Source: Stegostoma tigrinum
Taxonomy: Eukaryota
Length of the DNA: 64,000 nt
Assembly: GCF_030684315.1 (NCBI RefSeq)
Contig: NC_081393.1
Span: 10,303,565-10,367,564, forward strand
Direction: 5' to 3'
Of this stretch, positions 51,201 to 61,170 are shown piece by piece (the stretch's first letter is position 1; each line of letters begins with the position of its first letter). Both the position numbers and the translations under genes were made by a program. The notes beneath the pieces were generated by a model that worked only from the letters and a program-made list of their open reading frames with translations, did not search any database and was not told where the DNA came from.

Positions 51201-51230
51201 CACTTGAGAAACTGAGATCAAAGAATCCAT
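36297..51230 (-). CDS. NCAPH: Condensin I complex subunit 2 (CAP-H, gamma-kleisin), 703 aa
   Basis: Coding exons (5'->3'): 51230-51013, 50740-50653, 48886-48794, 47017-46897, 46613-46480, 46057-45868 (GC donor), 44817-44729, 42887-42679, 42438-42290, 41846-41746, 41003-40881, 40385-40278, 40184-40035, 38779-38666, 37703-37615, 36627-36552, 36356-36297, total 2112 nt. Motifs: [123 protein letters not shown]. Confidence 0.96.
37855..38125 (-). mobile_element. V-SINE (HE1-like)
   Basis: CACTATGGGCAATTTAGCATGGCCAATCCAC...GGTGGATTCAAACCCAGGTCGCTGGTGCTGTGAGGCA on +, the same family as 28915, 51740 and 56865. Confidence 0.85.
39185..39833 (+). mobile_element. Solo LTR (Gypsy/ERV-like), about 650 bp, with 4-bp TSD
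   Basis: Begins TGTGAC and ends GTCCATAATA (ACA decayed to ATA). Flanked by ATCC at 39181-39184 and 39834-39837. Internal AATAAA at 39681-39686. Confidence 0.7.
44818..45867 (-). other. Non-canonical GC-AG intron of NCAPH
   Basis: Donor CTTGGAG|GCAAGT and acceptor CTCACAG|CC. Gives ...[21 protein letters not shown] in frame. Confidence 0.88.
45550..45680 (-). mobile_element. Short repeat, family B
   Basis: CTGCAGATGCTGTAAATCAG...GAAAAGCTCAGCTGCTCTGGCAGCATCTG...AGAGTTAATGGTTTGGGTCCGGTGGCCCTTCCTCA. Confidence 0.7.
49755..50530 (-). mobile_element. CR1-type LINE fragments (younger 3' end at 49755-50050 plus older pieces)
   Basis: 49755-50050 is nearly collinear with 62003-62310. Further decayed ORF2-like sequence extends to about 50530. 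Confidence 0.8.
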
Positions 51231-51509
51231 TTTGCCCTGTGACAAACAAATACAACAAAAGACCATTCAAGCAAAAGAGCAATAAAAAGCTGTAGTCATG
51301 GAATCAATAGTTTCCACTTTTCCCCACATCTGTCTGACCTGTTCAAGACTTCATGATCTGTCTTGGGAAACCACGATCTGGCCTTCTCCTCCAAAATTCC
51401 AGTGTGCTTACGTAGATGGTTGAGCCATGAAAGCACATTTACCATTATTTCTCCTTCTAATGTATATTTAAATGGCTTTTAACATACCAACCTGACTCCT
51501 TCACATAGG

Positions 51510-51645
51510 AGTTCTGAGTAAGGGTCACCGGACACAAAACGTTAACTCTGATTTTTCCTTCACAGACGCTGCCAGACTTGCTGAGCTTTTCCAGTAACTT
51601 TGTTTTTGTTCCTGTTTTACAGCATCTGCAGATCTTCGGTTTGCT
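51510..51645 (+). mobile_element. Short repeat, family B, with degenerate hammerhead-like 5' end
   Basis: CTGAGTAAGGGTCACCGGACACAAAACGTTAACTCTG...GACGCTGCCAGACTTGCTGAGCTTTTCCAG. Confidence 0.7.
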
Positions 51646-51739
51646 TTACAGCCATTCATGTCACCTTCAGCGTGCCTCATCCAGCCAAATAAACCACTTT
51701 AATCTCTTCACTCAAGTTTCACGCTCAGCTACTATGTGA

Positions 51740-52020
51740 CCATCGAATCCCCACGGTGTGGGCACCGGCCCTTCGGCCCAAAAAGTCCACAGAGACCGCT
51801 GATCATCCCACCCAGACTCATTCCCCCTATTACCCACCTAATCGACGTATCCTTGAACACTGCAGGGATGAAAACCACCTAGCCTACACGTCTTTGGGCT
51901 GTAGGAAGAAAGCGGAGTACCCGGGGATAATGTGCAAACTCCACACAGACAGACGCCCGAGGGTGGAATTGAACCCGAGGCCCTGTCAGACAACAGAGAA
52001 CCACTGAGCCACAGTGCCGC
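51740..52020 (-). mobile_element. V-SINE (HE1-like)
   Basis: Minus-strand head GCGGCACTGTGGCTCAGTGG...GGGTTCAATTCCACCCTCGGG...GTGTGGAGTTTGCACATT. Confidence 0.8.
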
Positions 52021-52189
52021 CTTAATTACTGCCATTACGGTGAAGCATTTTTGATCTACTTATCGTCGTCACGATTTTCATTCATCTATTATCTTTCGAC
52101 AGTCGCAGACGTCTCTGCAACCGGAACCCCTGACGCCAAGCAACGCAGTTGCTAATAGGAACCTTAAGTGAACTGAGACCTGACTACAA

Positions 52190-52400
52190 TGACAGGAATT
52201 GCTGGAAAAACTCAGCAGGTCGGACAGCATCTGTCGAAAGAATGTTTACAGTCCAGTGACCCTTCTTCAGAATCTCCAACCGTGTTGAAGGAGGATTACA
52301 GGACACCCAACTCTGATTTCTCTCTACGGATGCTGCCAGATCTGTTAAGTTTCTGCAGCAATTTGTGTTTTTGGTTCAACTTTCCCAACATTCGTAGTTC
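52190..52400. mobile_element. Fold-back element, family B
   Basis: Left arm TTGCTGGAAAAACTCAGCAGGTCGGACAGCATCTG...GTCCAGTGACCCTTCTTCAG and inverted right arm ...GATGCTGCCAGATCTGTTAAGTTTCTGCAGCAATT. Confidence 0.7.
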
Positions 52401-52821
52401 ATGGCTTTATTTACGAGAATTTGGTAATTTGCTGCAATCAGGCAGAGCTATTTATCATTTCTTTCGTGGGTCTGTTGATTTGTGTAGGGATTGCCGCAGT
52501 ATTGAACCAAGAACTTCTCAACGAAAGCAGGAAGGCGTGTCAGCCAGAACTTGGGGACACGGGCCAGCGCGATTGAATTTCCACAATCCCGGTCCAACTC
52601 AGCTTGGATTGACCGACCACTCACCCTGTCCGCCGGGTGTCGGTTGAAAACATTCACACCCACTCTGTTCAGATGTTAAAGGATGGCGTACGTGTATGTT
52701 TCCGAGAGATTTGGGTTGCGATTGCGGCCTAACTTTTTCCGCCCGCTCTAATGCAATAAGCGAACAATGAAAAAAAAACACAATCTCCAGGCCTCCTCAA
52801 ATCGTCCTGGCTCGCACTGAC

Positions 52822-52930
52822 CTGAGTGATCGAGATGTCCGAATTTCTTCAACGTCGCTGTATCCGACCCCGCGGTTGGAGAGGGAAGATGACGGCCGGG
52901 ATCTCGCTCCGTTCTGCCGTTACTTCAATC
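52822..52930 (-). other. NCAPH: Probable non-coding first exon of NCAPH
   Basis: Donor CAG|GTCAGT at 52822/52821, directly downstream of the CHR element, with no ATG on the minus strand. The next exon's acceptor is at 51236, 6 nt before the ATG at 51230. The TSS position is inferred. Confidence 0.65.
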
Positions 52931-52934
52931 GGAA

Positions 52935-53057
52935 TTCAAACTTTCCCGCGGCTCGATAGTGCGCACGCGCGGCTCGCTGGGTGTTCCCGGGGATGCGACG
53001 CTCCGCGCACGCGCAACACGCCGGGAAAGGGGAGGTTGTCGCTCTGCGCACGCGCAG
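52935..53057 (-). promoter_or_regulatory. NCAPH cell-cycle promoter: E2F/CDE-CHR composite plus three NRF1-type motifs, in a CpG island
   Basis: Minus strand reads CGCGGG-AAAG-TTTGAA (52950-52935), i.e. CDE, 4-nt spacer, CHR, overlapping the E2F consensus TTTCCCGC. GCGCACGCGC occurs at 52961-52970, 53005-53014 and 53046-53055. Confidence 0.8.
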
Positions 53058-53643
53058 TGCCTTATGTGTATGCCCTCTTGCAACGAGTGGAGTGAACCGT
53101 CAGCCTTTTCGGAAAAACGGATTATCAGCAAAACTGACAGAAATCCGTGGACACACACCGAAGAGTGCCTTTGCCTGAATTTCTCCGATCTTCACAGTGT
53201 TCGTCTCATGATCATTCCTGAAAGATGACTGTGAACGAAGAAAGCCGTTCGGCCCCTCTTCAAACGTCACGTCAGACCTCACATTTCCAAGTGCAGTTGT
53301 TTCTTCAGTAATTCCAGAGGTTTCTTTGGCTGCGGGGGAAAAAAATCTCCAATGCCGCATCTGAGAATTCCAGGCCTTTTATCAAATACAATGTGAGAAG
53401 ACTTTCCGGCCTGCAGCAAAAGCGAGAAAGTGATAGATGTGGATTAACCGTGGTTTTATTGACAGGCACAACAGACTTGTGCTTTGAATGCTCCTCAGTT
53501 TTTATTTGTCCTTTTATAAATTAGACTCTGGAGGTGACTGATCAATTTGCAACTTTTCTTTGCGCTTACTTCAGTGTATGAATGCTTCTCTCATGCCTCA
53601 TTGATTGTATTGACCACACTGACAAAACTGGTACAGCACAATG

Positions 53644-53850
53644 TAATAAAATGTGAGGCTGGATGAACACAGCAGGCCAAGCAGCATCTCAGGAGCACAA
53701 AAGCTGACGTTTTGGGCCTAGACCCTTCATCAGAGTCTAGGCCTGAAACGTCAGCTTTTGTGCTCCTGAGATGCTGCTTGGCCTGCTGTGTTCATCCAGC
53801 CTCACATTTTATTATCTTGGATTCTCCAGCATCTGCAGTTCCCATTATCT
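53644..53850. mobile_element. Family A fold-back element with perfect 69-bp arms and 16-bp TSD
   Basis: Arms 53644-53712 and 53746-53814 are exact reverse complements. TSD CTGGTACAGCACAATG at 53628-53643 and 53851-53866. Confidence 0.92.
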
Positions 53851-53914
53851 CTGGTACAGCACAATGGTTTGGTCACAGGTTCTTTGACTGGTGTTAAAAA
53901 CCAAAATAACTTGT

Positions 53915-55050
53915 GACAAGTTGACACATGGAGATTCATCAAGAAGACTAGAACCCATGGGATCCAGTGCAGTTTGACAAATTGGATTCAAAGGTTGGCT
54001 TCATGGCAGGAAGCTGAGGATGATGGTCAAGGCATGTTCTTGTGACTGGGGTGAGTCCAATGAGCAGAACAGTGACAAATGGGAATTGATTTAGAAAACA
54101 GTGAGCTGATGCATTTGGGGAAGACTGCTATGCCTCCGAGGTTCACACCATACTGTAGGACCGAAGGACATTCAGAGGCACCTTGTTTCCCTTATCCAAA
54201 GATCTTTGAATGCAACATGATAGGTGAACAAGATTGTGAAGAAGTCATATGGCATAATTACATCAAGAGCAAGGAGCTTGTTCTGGAGCTGTATATAACA
54301 TTACAGAGGCTGCAGCTTGAGGACTGTATGCAGTCCTGTCGCACAGTATATAGGATGCATGTGATTGTTCTCAAGAGTACATTCACCAGGATGTTTGCTG
54401 GGTTCCAGTGTTTCAACAATGAAGAGAGACTAGATAGGCTTTACAGATAGTAGGAACTGCCGATGCTGGAGAATCCGACATAACATGGTGTGAGGCTGGA
54501 TGAACACAGCAGGCCAAGTAGCATCAGAGGAGCAGGAAAGCTTGACATTTCAGGTCGGGACCCTTCTTCAAAAATTTCTGAAAGATCCCGACCTGAAATG
54601 TCAAGCTTTCCTGCTCCTCTGATGCTGCTTGGCCTGCTGTGTTCATCCAGCCTCACACCATGTTATCCCAGATAGGCTTAAGTTGCTTCCTTGACGTTTG
54701 AGAGGGTTGAGTCACATACTTGATTGAAATCTACAAAATTTGGAGGGACATAGGAAGTAACCTTTGTTTTTAGTAGAGAGGTCAGTAACCAGGAGGCAAA
54801 GATTCAAGGCAAGGAGCAGAAGCTATAGAGGGGATTCAAGGAAGAATTTTTTTTCTCACAGTGGGAGGTGGATATCCAGAACTCATTGCCTGAAAGGATG
54901 GTAGGAGTGGAAACTGTTGCAACATTGAAGAAGATTTTTGATGAACACTTGAAATGCCTTGGCAGACAAGCTGAGGGGGGAAGTGCTGTAAAATGGGCCT
55001 AGAGTAGATAGGTGATCAACATGACACAATGGGCCAAAGGGCCTCTTTCC
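53915..55050 (+). mobile_element. Decayed CR1 LINE 3' region, interrupted by a fold-back element
   Basis: ORF remnants YIKSKELVLELYITLQRLQLEDCMQ...FTRMFAG...EERLDRL, followed by a CR1-type 3' UTR. Confidence 0.8.
54444..54669. mobile_element. Family A fold-back element nested in CR1, with about 10-bp TSD
   Basis: About 80-bp arms with one mismatch, which give mirror ORFs 54441-54656(-) and 54490-54675(+). AGATAGGCTT at 54432-54441 and 54670-54679. Confidence 0.9.
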
Positions 55051-55069
55051 ATTAACTCACCATGACTTG

Positions 55070-55280
55070 GGGTGCCAGTGTTGGACTAGAGTGGATAAAG
55101 TCAGAAGTCACACAACACTAAGTTATAGACCAACAGGTTTATTTGAGATCACAGGCTTACAGGGCGCTGCTCCTTCGTCACGTTCGACTTCACCTGAAAC
55201 AAGGAGCAGTGCTGAATAAGTTTGTGATTTCAAATTAACCTGTTGGACTATAACCAGATTTTGTGTGAATTCTGCCTTCA
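55070..55280. mobile_element. Fold-back element, family C
   Basis: Arms TCACACAACACTAAGTTATAGACCAACAGGTTTATTTGA / TCAAATTAACCTGTTGGACTATAACCAGATTTTGTGTGA around GCTGCTCCTTCGTCA...CTGAAACAAGGAGCAGTGCT. Confidence 0.78.
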
Positions 55281-55464
55281 TTGACTAGGAAACAAGAAAA
55301 CAGGCCGTCTTAGACTGGGTATAATGTCATGAAAAATGCATACTTGGTCAAGCAGTTGTGAAAGACCTCTTCAGGATGAGCAACCCGTAATGAGCAACCG
55401 GGTTTTCTTATCACGACGGAGAGTGAGGTATTTGGTGCTAAGACTCAGGTCCTGAATTTTTAAT

Positions 55465-56800
55465 GAGGGAAACTACAGTGGTAGGAGTTAACTTTGATTG
55501 ATTGGGAAATGTTACTGCAAGGAGTGACAGAGGATAGACAGTGGCAAACATTCAAAGTGCAAATGGGAAAACAACAAAAACTTGTTTCTGTCTGGCACAA
55601 GAGTGCAAAAGAACACTGGCAACACCATGGTTTACAAGGGAAGTTAGAGATAGTATGAGTTGGGGGAAAAAAAAAGAAACATACAAATTGGCAAGAAAAA
55701 TAAATCTCCTGGAGGATTGGGAATAGTTTAGAAGTTAACAAAGAAGGACCAAGGCATTGATTAAGAGGGGGAAGTAGAGTGAGAGTCAGCTTGTGGAAAA
55801 CGGAAGAACTGACTGACAACGTTTCTGTAAAGAGAAAAAGATTAGTGAAAACTGATGTAGGTCACTTACAGTCAGAAACAGACGTTATTAAAATGGGGAA
55901 CAAGAAATAGCTGATAAATTAAATTCACACTTCATTTATGTTGTCATAAAGGAGGACACAAATAATTTGGATTTAGTGAGAAGGAGGAACTAAAGTGAAT
56001 CCCTATTAGTGGAGAAATAGTTTTGGAGAAATTGATGGAATTGAAGGCTGGTAAATCCTAAGGTCTGAGAATCTCTGTACCAGAGTATTTATGAAAGTAG
56101 CCTTCAAAATATCAGATGCATTGGCAGTCATCTTCCAAGATTTTTTTAACTGTGGAATAGTTCTTAGAGGTTGTAGAGTAGCCAATGTAACCCCACCTTT
56201 TGATAAGACAGAGGAACGTAACACAAATTTCTGGACCAGCGATTCTGACATTGTCATGGAGAAGGTGCAGAAGTCCATTGACAGTGAATTCATTGCAGAG
56301 CACTTGGAAATCACTCAATGTTCTTACTATCAAGGGAATGCAGTGAATATTGGCCAAACTGATTCTTGCAGTGGCAGGACTGACATAGGAGAAGAGATTG
56401 TGTTGGTTTGGATTCTATTAACTGGGGTTTGGAAGAATGGTGGGGTGGGGGGAATCTCATAGAAAATTTAAACAGAATTTGACAGATTAGATGCAGGAAG
56501 GATGTTGCCATTGGTGAGGGAGTCCAGAATCAGGAGTCATAGTTTAAAGATGAGAGTAAACCATTTTAGGAGTGAAATGAGGAAAATTTCTTTACTTGGA
56601 GACTGGTGAGCCTGTGGAATTCACAATGACGTTGAGTGGTTGAGGCCAAAACATTGTATATTTTCAAGGATTTCATGTTGCTCTTGTCCAAAGAAATTAA
56701 GGGATGTGGAGAGAAGGAGGGATCAGTCATGATCATATATATGACAGAGCAAGCTCGAGGGGTCAACTGGCCTCCCCCTGCTCCTATCTTCTATATTTCT
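55465..56800 (+). mobile_element. Decayed CR1 LINE (ORF2 middle and 3' end, with internal deletion)
   Basis: Remnants TPWFTREVRDS, ISDALAVIFQDFFNCGIVLRGCRVANVTPPFDK, then a CR1 3' UTR ending CCCCTGCTCCTATCTTCTAT. Confidence 0.8.
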
Positions 56801-56864
56801 GGCTTCTAAAACCCAATGACGTTCTATTGCTACTCGTAATGTGTGTGGACCTGTTGTACTTACT

Positions 56865-57180
56865 TAGAACCCCTACAGTGTGGAAACAGGCCCTTCAGCC
56901 CAACAAGTCCACACCCTCTGAGCATCGTGCTCAGACCTATCCCCCTAGAATCCACCTAATCTACACATCCCTGAACACTATGGGCGATTTAGTAAGGCCA
57001 ATACACTTAGCCTGTACATCTTTGGACTATGGGAGAAAACTGGAGCACCTGGAGGAAACCCACACAGATGCAGGGAGAATGTGCACATTCCACAGAGACA
57101 GCCGCCCAAGGGTGAAATTGAACCCAGGCCTCTGTCGCTGTGAGGAAGCAGTGCTCACCACTGAGCCACTGTACCGCCCA
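56865..57180 (-). mobile_element. V-SINE (HE1-like), near full length
   Basis: Minus-strand head GGGCGGTACAGTGGCTCAGTGGTGAGCACTGCTTCCTCACAGCG...GGGTTCAATT, then the V-domain and a CR1-like tail. Confidence 0.85.
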
Positions 57181-57203
57181 AAACTAGCAAAGGAGATCGT
57201 GAG

Positions 57204-57273
57204 TTCCCTGACCGGGAATCGAACACAGGCCATAGCATTAGTGCACCAAATCCTGACCCCGAGACTACCTGAC
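57204..57273 (-). pseudogene. tRNA-Glu(CTC)-derived pseudogene
   Basis: Minus strand reads TCAGGTAGTCTCGGGGTCAGGATTTGGTGCACTAATGCTATGGCCTGTGTTCGATTCCCGGTCAGGGAA. The last 21 nt match the vertebrate tRNA-Glu(CTC) 3' end as I recall it. The D-arm is recognisable, but the anticodon arm and 5' acceptor strand are decayed. Confidence 0.75.
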
Positions 57274-58519
57274 TTGGACATCAATTTCTTAAGTTTGCTC
57301 CTAAAGGTTAAATTTGTTCCGATATTACATCAGATGTAATTGGAGAAATTGAGAGAAATATGGCATTTTTTTACTTATTGTACTATGAATTTTAGGTATT
57401 GTTTGTGATAAGTGTGCATGGGCTTTTGGCAAACTAAGAGCAGCTGAAAAACTGTTTGCATCAATTAAATTATGTGTAATAGCTCTTCACACACCAACCA
57501 GGACTAAGCCACTTCTGAGATCAACAGCAAGAGGCAACTCCCATCCTGTACAGACGAGACTACGGAAGAAGCAGCAAAATACGAAGGAGGTGAAGGAAAA
57601 AAATTAAGCAACTGTAAAAAATTTTGCTACTGTAAAGGCACCATTGCATTCAACTACAGCAAACAAGCAGCAACAATGCCCTGGAAGGGAAATGGATTTG
57701 ATATACTTTTCCAAAAGAAGACAGATCAAACCTCACTCAATGAACCCCTGATTATACTCATCCAGAATAATTCCAGCAGGGTCAACCAGTGTGGTTTTCT
57801 CAGCTGAACACAAATGAGACAAATTTGTGAATGATGTGGGTTTGGAAGAGTAAACTTGTGACAGGAACTTTCTCAGATAACAGATCTGGTAAGTGATGAA
57901 ACATATTTTTAAAATGAGACTAAAGACTGCTTCCTTGAAAGTGCAGATTGCCCAGGCTCCTAAATGACATGCTTCATTCTTGAGTTCTCTTGCCAGAGTC
58001 AAAACTGACCTATGATTTCAACAGGAGTATGTGCACTTCAAGCCTGACAGAGAATGGTCACAAAGATGGGGCCATTAATATGGTCAGAAACTCAATCAGT
58101 CCCACTGGTCTGGGTACAGTATTCTACTGCAGGGAGCAAACATCACAGTTTCTGAAGTTATGAAGGTAATGAGTAATCACCGACTTTTAGGAGACATGAT
58201 TTACAAAAATGTTCTGCTCCAGTTAATTTATGTGTATGCCTTGGTCTAGGACAGCAAGCTGCTAAATCCTTTGAGATTAGTCACAATCCTAGAAGCAATG
58301 GCTGACAGCTGAAACAAAAACAACTTGCTGGAAAAACTGAGCAGGTCTGGCAGCATCCATGGAGAGAAATTGGAGTCAGATTCAGTTTTGGGTCCAGTGG
58401 ACCTTTTTTAGACGTTTGGTTTTTTACTTATGATTTACAACTGAGTTGTATTTGATTCTGGGAGTAGATAAATTCAGACTTAGTGGAAGTATGTAAGAGT
58501 ATGTTTCTGACCCATTACA

Positions 58520-58925
58520 AGGTTCAAATCCTTAGGAAAGGCATCATGACCCGCATATACAAGTGGAAGTGGTAGAGGGAGGCAGTAACAAATATGGTGA
58601 CCCTTTTACTGTGAATTGTGGGGTGACAAAAGACTGTCAGGGCAAATAGCCAATCGTGACAAATCTCTTCTGGAGTTGGTGATCCATTATGACCAAACAT
58701 GGGATGTAGCCAGCCAGAAGGACTTTGAGACCCTTGAACTACTCGGGTACTTGATTGCCCACGTGCAGGACAAAATGATGGCTATCTGCCTCATCCACCT
58801 GAACCAGCAGAAGTCCTTAACAGAATATTGCACACCTACAATCATGTAGTGCTCTCCAAATGGGGTTTCAGAGAGGGTATGCTAAATTGGATGATGGTCA
58901 GTGTAAATATCAGTAGTGCAGTTGT
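58520..58925 (+). mobile_element. L1/Tx1-clade LINE reverse transcriptase fragment, decayed
   Basis: IANRDKSLLELVIHYDQT...LIAHVQDKMMAICLIHLNQQKSL and LSKWGFREGMLNW resemble the Tx1 RT pattern IANRLK..VIHPDQT..LDQEKAFD..L.K.GFG. Confidence 0.7.
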
Positions 58926-59350
58926 TCGTAAGTTGTATCAAGCCTTTAGAAGATTTCAACAGAATAATGGGCAAAAAACTCAGCTAAAAGTCTCCCATGT
59001 AGTCTTCAGTTTGGATCTATTGTTAGTGCACAAACTGGCTTGTGCAACCAGTTTCAACCAAACGCTATTCAAAGCAAGAATAATGTCATATTCTTTGGTT
59101 AGAGGCTGTTTGATCCTTTAGTTCCTTAACAATCATGTCAGATGATCTGAATGGTGTGGGGATATGGTTCAATGGCACCAGGACATGTGTTAAAATCTGA
59201 AAGGAGCGTGTCGTGACAGTGAAGCAAATAGATCGCAACATCTTACCCCTCCATGCCAAGTTCCTCAGCAGCCTAGCTGAGATACCTTGAAGCCAGGCAC
59301 CAGGCAGGCAGAACAACCTTTGGGAGATTTGATCCTGGCCACCAAGAGCA

Positions 59351-59512
59351 GTGATGGTAGGAACTGCAGATGCTGGAGAATCTGAGATAACAAGGTGTAG
59401 AGTTGGATGAACAGAGCAGGCCAAGCAACATCAGAGGAGCAGGAAGGCTGACGTTTCGGGCTAGACCCAAAAGGGTCTGCTGTGTTCATCCAGCTCTACA
59501 CCTTGTTATCAC
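59351..59512. mobile_element. Family A fold-back element with internally deleted right arm
   Basis: GATAACAAGGTGTAGAGTTGGATGAACAGAGCAG / CTGCTGTGTTCATCCAGCTCTACACCTTGTTATC. Possible TSD AGA(G/A)CAGTG. Confidence 0.8.
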
Positions 59513-59799
59513 AGAGAACAGTGTTTATTCCCTGCCTAAATTTTATTAATTACAACTACATTTCTTTTTTCTCCGCTCTCTCATATACCATGGCTCTACG
59601 GTCAGTTTGCTGATCTTCCCCAGACCCCCACTCTTGTGAACACAAAGAGCAAGAGGCCAAGGGTCCTGCAGCACTATCTCCTCGATCCCTCCACTTGCCT
59701 CACTCACATCCTTCTATTCCAGACCACTGACGAAATTCAAGGTTATTAATCTGAGTGAGTGAGTGCCTCCTGACCCTAGGTTTTTAATAACTCCTCCCC

Positions 59800-59960
59800 C
59801 CACCACGTTACAGTGTTTGCAGCTGAGACTCCAGCTCATCACTCCTGAGCCAGAGTTTCTAAAGCAACCAACATTTGTCACAGATGTGGTCATGATGATT
59901 CACAATGAGGTCCATCAGCTCCCACATCATGCAGGTACAACACATCAGCTGAGTCTGCAT
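59800..59960 (-). mobile_element. CR1 ORF1 zinc-finger/leucine-zipper remnant
   Basis: Minus strand translates MQTQLMCCTCMMWELMD...HICDKCWLL*KLWLRSDELESQLQTL, the CxxC..CxxC plus zipper typical of the CR1 ORF1 N-terminus. Confidence 0.65.
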
Positions 59961-60844
59961 TTCTATTTTATTCAGTTAGTTGACAGTTTGTTCTTCTACA
60001 ACTTTGCTACTGGTCTCATTGATTTTATTCTGTAAAATATTTCCTCGTTTACCTTTAATCTGAAAATAATTTCCAATTGATAGTCAAAGCAGCAGCTATT
60101 ACCAACAAATGAATTTACAATTTTACTGTGATGGCACTCTTTGCTTTATGCTGGGCCCCCAATCCAGGGCTTCAATTTACCCTGTTAAAAGACTTTACAT
60201 TCTGTGAACTGCAAAAGCAAACAAAAAAAACACTTCTTCCGCTCTGCTCCAAAATCTTGGAAACATTCCCTTGGGACATCATTCTCAAGTCCTCACAAAC
60301 AGCTTCAAGTTGAAATTAGCAGAGGGCTGAACACATTTCACTGCTAAGTTTCAAAAATAGCTTATGCAGTTATCAAAAAGCATTTTTTAAAATTGTTATC
60401 ACTATGACATGATCCTTGTATCTGTAGTGTTTTACATGTAGAAAAGTGTCAAAGTGTAGAAAAGTAACTATTGTCAGTCCACAGTGAGTGCTGCTTTCTG
60501 TGAATTATTCTGAATTGACTGTATCCACAAGTTAATTTCTGGTCTTTGATGTTAACACGAGTTAAAAATTAGCAGTTTGCACACTGCAGCATTCTGTTTG
60601 TTTTACACTAGCATTCTCTGGTGGTGATTTGTGAAAATGCAGTTTGGTGTCAAGGCTGCGTATGAGACTGAGGAACCATGCTCCTCTCGGACCTGTGCCT
60701 ATTGCGAGAAATGCCACAGGCAATATCCCACAGCATCTGTGGTAAACAGTGGAAGTATTATTTAGGTTTGATTAAGGTCTTTGTCAGTCTTGTCCATTAA
60801 AAAACTCGTTTTTTATTTGTTGACACTGAGGCAACTTGATGTTT

Positions 60845-61170
60845 TTTTTTATTCAAGGATGTGGGCATCCCTGGCTTGGCAAGCATTGATTTCCCATGCC
60901 TAAGTGCCCAGAGGGCAGTTATTTGTCAACCATATCTTTGTAGATACTGGCCAGAACAAGTAAGGATGGCAGATTTCCATCTCTGAAGGGCAATGAGCTG
61001 GGCTTTTTTTCCTGACAATCAATGTTTTCATGGTCATCATTACACCCTTAATTACAGAGGTTTTTTTAATTGAATGAGTTCTACCCTCTGTCATGATGGG
61101 ATTCGAACCCTTGTTCTCAAGACATTACCTGTGACTCTGGATTAATAGTCTAGTGACAATACCAGTCGGC
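60845..61170 (-). mobile_element. tRNA-derived SINE (same family as 27135-27640)
   Basis: Minus-strand head TGGTATTGTCACTAGACTATTAATCCAGAG...GGGTTCGAATCCC. Body and tail are shared with the 27.1-27.6 kb copy. Confidence 0.75.

Noticed and set aside
56704-57339. 211-aa ORF
   Set aside because: Runs across a CR1 tail, an antisense V-SINE and the tRNA pseudogene. No coding features.
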